NCBI GenBank assembly: GCA_027340875.1
Contig: DAIENX010000023.1
Coordinates: 1 to 12,165 of the forward strand
DNA length: 12,165 nucleotides
Reading direction: 5' to 3'
Origin: Elusimicrobiota bacterium
GTDB taxonomy: Bacteria; Elusimicrobiota; Elusimicrobia; Elusimicrobiales; UBA9959
Part shown: positions 7,968-12,165 of the stretch, in pieces
Position numbering within the stretch: position 1 is the stretch's first letter
Layout of the letters: each line of letters begins with the position of its first letter
The notes under the pieces: generated by a model
The model's input: the letters and a program-made list of their open reading frames with translations, nothing else
The model's database searches: none
Told to the model about the DNA's origin: nothing
Position numbers and translations under genes: made by a program

Positions 7968-8635
7968 TTTGCCTCCTTGGTCGCCTGACGTGCATTGCTC
8001 CTGTGCGGCATCGGCATAGCCGTAACGCTGTCGGCCAGGGCTTTCAGGCCGGCGGCGGTGAAGACTAGCTTGGAGTTGCGCATAGCCTCGTAGGCGTTCA
8101 GGTTCTGCGCCAGGCACCAGCCGAAATCGGCGATGTTCTTGGCGGCCACGCGGAAGTTCTTGTCCATCTTGTCGGTGACGAACAGCACGTTCTTCGCGCC
8201 GAGACCCTTGCGCAGCGCGTTGAGGGATTTGGTCTTCGCGGCCTCGAGGGCCAGGTTCTCTATGACCACCACGGCTCCGTCGGAGGCGCGGGTGGAGAGG
8301 GCCTCCAGCAGGGCCTGGCGCAGTTTCTGCTGCGGCAGATACTGGCGGAACGAGCGCGGCTTCGGGCCGAACACCACGCCGCCCTTGCGCCAGAGCGGGG
8401 AGCGGGTGGAGCCGGCGCGGGCGCGGCCGGTGCCCTTCTGCTTCCAGGGCTTCTTGCCGCCGCCGGAGACCTCGGAGCGGGTCTTCGTGCAGGCGGTGCC
8501 GCGGTGCTTGTTGGCGAGGTAGTGCTTCACAACCTCGTGGATGAAATGGGCGTCGGGCTTGGCCGAGAAGAGAACTTCCGGCAGGCTGAACTTACCCACT
8601 TCCTGTCCTTTCAGGTCGAAGAGTTTGGTTTCCAT
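7964..8635 (-). CDS. rplD: 50S ribosomal protein L4 with a ~20-aa C-terminal tail
   Basis: GTACTKTRSEVSGGGKKPWKQKGTGRARAGSTRSPLWRKGGVVFGPKPR. Confidence 0.99.
   Translation of the reverse strand: METKLFDLKGQEVGKFSLPEVLFSAKPDAHFIHEVVKHYLANKHRGTACTKTRSEVSGGGKKPWKQKGTGRARAGSTRSPLWRKGGVVFGPKPRSFRQYLPQQKLRQALLEALSTRASDGAVVVIENLALEAAKTKSLNALRKGLGAKNVLFVTDKMDKNFRVAAKNIADFGWCLAQNLNAYEAMRNSKLVFTAAGLKALADSVTAMPMPHRSNARQATKEAK
7979..8019 (-). repeat. Copy 2 of the 41-bp duplicated module; encodes the L4 tail segment MPMPHRSNARQAT
   Basis: Minus strand CTATGCCGATGCCGCACAGGAGCAATGCACGTCAGGCGACC; 32/41 identity to 1355-1395. Confidence 0.75.
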
Positions 8636-8653
8636 TTTCGTTCCTCCCTGGCC

Positions 8654-9442
8654 TTATTTCTTGGCCGGAGCTGCCGGCTTCTTGGCGGCCGGCTTGGCCG
8701 CGTCCTTCTTGCCCTTGGCCTTGGCGGCCGCGGGCGGCTTGGGGGTGCGCTTGTTGGTCAGAGTGATATGCACGATGCTGCCGGTGGCGCCGGGGATACC
8801 GCTGTTAACGAGTATCAGGTTCTCCTCGGGGACCACCTTCAGGATCTTCACCTTCTGCACGGAGACGGTCTCGACGCCCCAGTGGCCGGCCATGCGCTGG
8901 CCGGGGAGCACGCGGCCCAGAGAGCGGCGGGAGCCCAGGGAGCCCGGTGCGCGCTCGCGGTCGCTGGCGCCGTGGCTGGCGGGCTGGCCCTTGAAGTTGT
9001 GGCGCTTCATCGCGCCGGCCCAGCCGTGGCCCTTGGAAACGCCCTGCAGGTCGACCCACTCGCCCTCGGCGAAGCGCTCGACACCGGCCGTCTGGCCCTG
9101 GGCGGCGCCGGCAAGATCGGCAACGCGGAATTCCTTGAGGTATCTCAGGGCCGGCGTGCCGAGCTTTTTGGCAAGGCCGAGTTCGGCCTTGAGAGAGTTC
9201 TTCTCCTTCTTGTGGCCGAAACCGAGACAGACGGCCTGATAGCCGTCCTTTTCCTTAGTGCGGGTATAGGCCACGCGGCAGGGGCCGGCCTTCACGACGG
9301 TGACGGCGTGCAGGTTACCGGCGGCGTCGAAGATCTGGGTCATGCCCATCTTCTCGCCGATCAGAAATTTGTGCGCCGGGGGAAGCTGCTGGACCTCGGG
9401 CTTCGCCTCGGGGGCCGTGTTCTCTTTGTTCTCTTCTGTCAT
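8654..9442 (-). CDS. rplC: 50S ribosomal protein L3 with N-terminal and Lys/Ala-rich C-terminal extensions
   Basis: GEKMGMTQIFD...DGYQAV...SKGHGWAGAMKRHNF...HG...RAPGSLG...GRVLPGQRMAGHWG...IPGATG; AAGGAG RBS at 9452-9457. Confidence 0.99.
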   Translation of the reverse strand: MTEENKENTAPEAKPEVQQLPPAHKFLIGEKMGMTQIFDAAGNLHAVTVVKAGPCRVAYTRTKEKDGYQAVCLGFGHKKEKNSLKAELGLAKKLGTPALRYLKEFRVADLAGAAQGQTAGVERFAEGEWVDLQGVSKGHGWAGAMKRHNFKGQPASHGASDRERAPGSLGSRRSLGRVLPGQRMAGHWGVETVSVQKVKILKVVPEENLILVNSGIPGATGSIVHITLTNKRTPKPPAAAKAKGKKDAAKPAAKKPAAPAKK

Positions 9443-9713
9443 AGTTCTGCGCTCCTTGCTTTGCCTTCACGTCGGAAGACCCGGCGACGAAGCCGGGGCT
9501 TCCGGGTTCCGGAAGACGACGAACGAACCGCGCCGGGACCTTTCGGCTCCGGTTATGGCACTGCTTTATGTCTAGTTTCTATGATTAGCCCGCAGACGAA
9601 GGGAATCAAGGCCGCTGCGTCTATAGGGCCGCCGCCCGTATTCCGAAGAACGCGGCGGCGTAATAATAAAAACTTCTTTTCAAAGAAACCGCGGCGCAGC
9701 CGCGATTAACTAC
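9443..9713 (-). promoter_or_regulatory. Long structured 5' leader of the rplC operon (candidate cis-regulatory RNA)
   Basis: No plausible coding ORF. Hairpins on the minus strand: CGCGGC-UGC-GCCGCG (9690-9704), a C(UUCG)G-capped stem (9630-9660), GCCC..AGACG/CGUCU..GGGC (9588-9629), a GAAA-capped stem (9533-9552), and alternative stems (9471-9520). Confidence 0.7.
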
Positions 9714-9719
9714 AGGATT

Positions 9720-9748
9720 ATTATAACAAAACGGCCCTGCCGTGTAAA
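9720..9748 (-). promoter_or_regulatory. sigma70-type promoter of the r-protein cluster; predicted TSS about 9713
   Basis: TTTACA (9748-9743), 17-bp spacer, TATAAT (9725-9720), with an extended -10 (TGtTATAAT). Confidence 0.88.
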
Positions 9749-9755
9749 GCGCTTT

Positions 9756-10133
9756 CTAAAGCCGGGCCGCGAAGGCCAGCACATGGCCGTCCGGGTCCAG
9801 GCTGTAGGCGGCAGCGTCCCCCCAGTCCCTGGGCGCCAGCGGGCTCAGCTCCCTGGCCCCGGCCGCCAGGGCCCTGGCATGATACGCGGCCGGATCCTTG
9901 ACCGTAAGGTAGACCTCCGCCCGCGGCGTCCCACTGGCCGCTTCCGGATCCGGCAGGCCGGGCAGGAGGCGTTTTATGCCTTTTTCCGGCATAAGGCCCA
10001 GGACGCAGCCGGCCGAGATCTGGAATTCGGTCATTCCCGGCACGTCCAGCCGCGGGGACATCCCGAGCGTAATGGCGTAAAATTCCCGGCTTTTCGCCTG
10101 GTTCCGAACATAAAGGATAAAATTTAAAACCAT
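9756..10133 (-). CDS. VOC family (glyoxalase/bleomycin-resistance-like) protein; likely start at ATG 10133
   Basis: FILYVRNQAKSREFY...LG...GMTEF...EVYLTVKD...ALAAGA..LSP...RDWGD..AYSLDPDGHVLAF, a typical VOC pattern. Confidence 0.9.
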   Translation of the reverse strand: MVLNFILYVRNQAKSREFYAITLGMSPRLDVPGMTEFQISAGCVLGLMPEKGIKRLLPGLPDPEAASGTPRAEVYLTVKDPAAYHARALAAGARELSPLAPRDWGDAAAYSLDPDGHVLAFAARL

Positions 10134-10138
10134 ATAGA

Positions 10139-10169
10139 TAATGATATCATTAGGGGAGGCCGACCGCAA
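10139..10169 (-). promoter_or_regulatory. Putative promoter for the VOC gene (TTGCGG-N17-TATCAT, extended -10), overlapped by the perfect 14-bp palindrome TAATGATATCATTA
   Basis: -35 at 10169-10164; TGaTATCAT with the -10 hexamer at 10146-10141; palindrome at 10139-10152; 7 nt separate the -10 from the ATG and there is no SD. Confidence 0.6.
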
Positions 10170-10180
10170 CATGGTCCGGG

Positions 10181-10212
10181 AAAAAAACGGCCGCCGGCAG
10201 CACCGGCGGCCG
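10181..10212 (-). terminator. Intrinsic terminator after the 171-aa gene
   Basis: 10-bp perfect GC stem CGGCCGCCGG/CCGGCGGCCG, 5-nt loop, then T7 on the minus strand. Confidence 0.9.
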
Positions 10213-10254
10213 ATGAGCCGCTCACTTCCCAGCTTGCCGGCGAAACTCAGGAAC

Positions 10255-10770
10255 TCAATTGGCGCGGTAGAAAGGCGCAGGCACGAAGGAGATGTCGTCG
10301 GCCTCCAGCCTGCCTGGATACAGGCCCAGCAGGGCCGCTTTCAGCGCGTCCAGGGCAGGCTTCCCTACCGTGCCGCTGTCGTACAGCACCTTCAGCTTCA
10401 TCTTTTTCAGCTCCAGGGTGACGTGCTTCTTCTTCTCGGAGCTGTTCTTCTCCTGCCGCGCGGACTGCTCCTGCAGGCTCCCCTCCTCGCCCTTGTCGGC
10501 CTTCTCGGCCTCGCCGCCCTTTAGCGACTTGCGGGTCTTGCCCACTCCGGATTTGACGCTCTCGTCGTTGGTGACCTTCACTATGGCCTCAGCCTCCAGG
10601 AAGGTGTAGCCCCTGCCGGGGCCCAGGATCGGGACTATCACCTCGGCCTGTATCTTGGCCTCGGCCTCTTTTACAGCGGCGCGGGCGGCATCGTAGGCCT
10701 CGTCCGCGAAAAGCTGGCCGAGACCGGCGAAGAAGATCGCGGCCGTCAAAAGATACCTGACTGGTTTCAT
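10255..10770 (-). CDS. Secreted hypothetical protein, possibly FliF-C (RBM3)/SpoIIIAG-like ring-building fold
   Basis: GGAGG RBS at 10775-10779; signal peptide MKPVRYLLTAAIFFAGLGQLFA|DE; host-like G/C-ending codons; followed by a terminator. The fold assignment is by eye only. Confidence 0.8.
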   Translation of the reverse strand: MKPVRYLLTAAIFFAGLGQLFADEAYDAARAAVKEAEAKIQAEVIVPILGPGRGYTFLEAEAIVKVTNDESVKSGVGKTRKSLKGGEAEKADKGEEGSLQEQSARQEKNSSEKKKHVTLELKKMKLKVLYDSGTVGKPALDALKAALLGLYPGRLEADDISFVPAPFYRAN

Positions 10771-10814
10771 ATATCCTCCCCGATAATATAGATAGAGTTT
10801 AATACAAAAACCCG

Positions 10815-10849
10815 AAAAAAGAAAGGCCCGGCTGACGGCCGGGCCTTTC
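10815..10849 (-). terminator. Intrinsic terminator after the protease gene
   Basis: 12-bp inverted repeat GAAAGGCCCGGC/GCCGGGCCTTTC with a 5-nt loop, then T6 on the minus strand; 17 nt after the stop codon. Confidence 0.9.
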
Positions 10850-10866
10850 CGCCTGGAGCGCCTTGC

Positions 10867-11721
10867 TTACTTCGCGACGCTGTTTATCCAGCTGTAGGCG
10901 CCGCTCACCTTGGAATAGACGCCGTACTTGTTGGGGCGCGCGCAGCCCTCGCCCCAGCTCACCACGCCGGCGAGCACGCGGGAGGAGCCGGAGCCCATCA
11001 GCAGCGGGCCGCCGCTGTCGCCCTGGCAGGAATCCTTGCCGCCCTCTTTGTAGCCGGCGCAGATCATGCTGTCGGCCAGGCTGCCCGGATAGGCGGCCTC
11101 GCACTCGGTGCTGTTCACGAACGGAACGGCGACCTTCAGCAGCTTCTTGGAGACGCTGCCGCTCTCGCTGGTGGTGCCCCAGCCGGCGGTGGTGAAGACG
11201 GTGCCCTCGGCTATCTCGGCCGAGTTGAGCGTCACCGGCTGGTACTTGGACTCGCCGTTAAGGCGGATCAGCGCGAAATCATTGACCATCGTGTTGGAGT
11301 CCCAGCCCGGGTTCTTGACCACCTCGGCCACGGAGAACGTCTCCACGCCGGCGGTGTCGCCCTGGTTGAAGAGGCCTATCTTGACGGTCTTCAGATAGCC
11401 GCCCTCGACGCAGTGCGCCGCGGTGAGCACCCAGTTCTTCCTTATCAGCGAGCCGCCGCAGAAGTGGCCGTAATAGCCGGCCTGCAGGGAGACTATGAAG
11501 GGGAATTCGCCCTTGGTGGCCTCCACGCCGCCTACGATCTTCTCGGAGCCGAAGCGCTCGGAGGCGCTGGCCTCCACGAGCACCGGGGCAGGGCGGGAAG
11601 GAATTTCCATCCCGCGCACGGCGGGCAGGACGTTCCTGCCCGCATTGTCAAAAGTAATGTTCGCCGCGTTGGCGGGCGTCATGGACAGGGCCAGGACCGC
11701 CGCCGCTATCGTCTTCATCAT
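10867..11721 (-). CDS. Secreted trypsin-like serine protease (MEROPS S1A), pre-pro-enzyme
   Basis: Signal peptide; K|IVGG activation site; catalytic triad motifs TAAHC (His57), DFALIRL (Asp102) and GDSGGP (Ser195); Asp189 in GKDSC; VSWG; six Cys; AAGGAG RBS at 11729-11734. Confidence 0.97.
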   Translation of the reverse strand: MMKTIAAAVLALSMTPANAANITFDNAGRNVLPAVRGMEIPSRPAPVLVEASASERFGSEKIVGGVEATKGEFPFIVSLQAGYYGHFCGGSLIRKNWVLTAAHCVEGGYLKTVKIGLFNQGDTAGVETFSVAEVVKNPGWDSNTMVNDFALIRLNGESKYQPVTLNSAEIAEGTVFTTAGWGTTSESGSVSKKLLKVAVPFVNSTECEAAYPGSLADSMICAGYKEGGKDSCQGDSGGPLLMGSGSSRVLAGVVSWGEGCARPNKYGVYSKVSGAYSWINSVAK

Positions 11722-11765
11722 CTGGTCGCTCCTTCTGCATCCGAAAGGTTTTACAGCTAACAGGA

Positions 11766-11794
11766 ATTGTGCAAAATCAATTGAGCAAAGTCAA
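11766..11794 (-). promoter_or_regulatory. Putative sigma70 promoter for the protease gene
   Basis: TTGACT (11794-11789), 17-bp spacer, CACAAT (11771-11766); AT-rich tract upstream. Confidence 0.5.
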
Positions 11795-11848
11795 TAAAAT
11801 TTTTCCCCTTTGGTCCCGGCCGGCCGTAGGCCTTATTTCCCAGGCAGG

Positions 11849-11878
11849 AAAAAGGCCGCCGGGCTGACCCGGCGGCCT
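11849..11878 (-). terminator. Terminator-like hairpin in minus orientation with no adjacent upstream minus-strand gene
   Basis: 11-bp perfect inverted repeat AGGCCGCCGGG/CCCGGCGGCCT, 4-nt loop, T-run on the minus side. Confidence 0.65.
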
Positions 11879-11966
11879 CTGTCCCGCGGCTTGCCGTTTT
11901 AAGGTTATGTATTTGTTCATGTGAATAGTTATACAATTGTTCCCGATAGTTTATATAGGAGGGGAA

Positions 11967-12165
11967 ATGCATATTATAAAACTTTTGTCTTTCTTGTTGC
12001 TCCGGCCGGCATGTGCAGAAGTTTCCGTGTCAACTTCCGTAGTTGTTCCAATGGAAGTTGATTCTCGGGATGCAAAATTTGAATCTGATATAGCGGAAGC
12101 AGAAAAGCGGATTAATGAACTAGCTCGCCAAAACAGGTTGTCGAATGAGCAAAAAGCCTCTCTCT
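11967..12165 (+). CDS. Hypothetical, possibly exported protein, 5' part (runs off the window)
   Basis: AGGAGG RBS just upstream; open frame MHIIKLLSFLLLRPACAEVSVSTSVVVPMEVDSRDAKFESDIAEAEKRINELARQNRLSNEQKASL to the window end; signal-peptide-like N-terminus (ACA|E). Not in the ORF track. Confidence 0.65.
   Translation, partial: MHIIKLLSFLLLRPACAEVSVSTSVVVPMEVDSRDAKFESDIAEAEKRINELARQNRLSNEQKASL

Noticed and set aside
7968..8117. Apparent 50-aa N-terminal extension of L23 (ORF track start 8117)
   Set aside because: It overlaps rplD out of frame. The strong SD and ATGA coupling at 7967 give a normal 96-aa L23.
1..9709. Many long plus-strand ORFs (e.g. 866-1885, 2856-3827, 6167-7642, 8504-9709)
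   Set aside because: They are antisense shadows of highly biased, GC3-rich r-protein genes, with no recognisable motifs.
9443..9713. Leader as tRNA, SRP RNA, 6S RNA or a known riboswitch (SAM, TPP, c-di-GMP, T-box)
   Set aside because: I could not find a cloverleaf/T-loop, the SRP helix-8 internal loop, or the conserved aptamer motifs by eye. An Rfam search is needed to exclude these formally.
10134..10172. VOC start at 10172 (MLRSASPNDIIIY)
   Set aside because: No SD, it begins right after a terminator, it runs through the promoter-like sequence, and VOC similarity only starts at MVLNFILYV.
11757..11972. 71-aa minus-strand ORF
   Set aside because: It crosses a terminator hairpin and promoter elements, and has no RBS or protein-like features.
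1..12165. CRISPR array, IS/transposase, prophage, alternative genetic code
   Set aside because: No regularly spaced repeats and no transposase, integrase or phage genes. TAA, TGA and TAG all terminate conserved genes at their expected ends.

Overview
GC-rich bacterial window, almost all coding on the minus strand. Positions 1-9442 hold the S10-spc ribosomal protein cluster: rplC-D-W-B, rpsS, rplV, rpsC, rplP, rpmC, rpsQ, rplN-X-E, rpsN, rpsH, rplF-R, rpsE, rplO and the 5' end of secY. rpsJ (S10) is missing from the head of the cluster and rpmD (L30) is missing between rpsE and rplO. A near-consensus sigma70 promoter at about 9720-9748 precedes a highly structured leader of about 270 nt. Upstream lie a VOC/glyoxalase gene that looks leaderless and has a Fur-box-like palindrome over its -10, a secreted protein resembling the FliF/SpoIIIAG ring-building domain, a secreted trypsin (S1A) zymogen, and the start of a divergent, AT-richer ORF. 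The lineage is tentatively Elusimicrobiota-like; this is an impression from the protein sequences and is not verified. The window is mostly housekeeping and shows no complete novel multi-gene system. The most unusual items are: (i) a diverged 41-bp module found twice in the r-protein cluster, each copy directly before an RBS (rplW and rpsE) and encoding a related peptide; (ii) the switch-like rplC leader RNA; (iii) the orphan FliF-RBM3-like protein.
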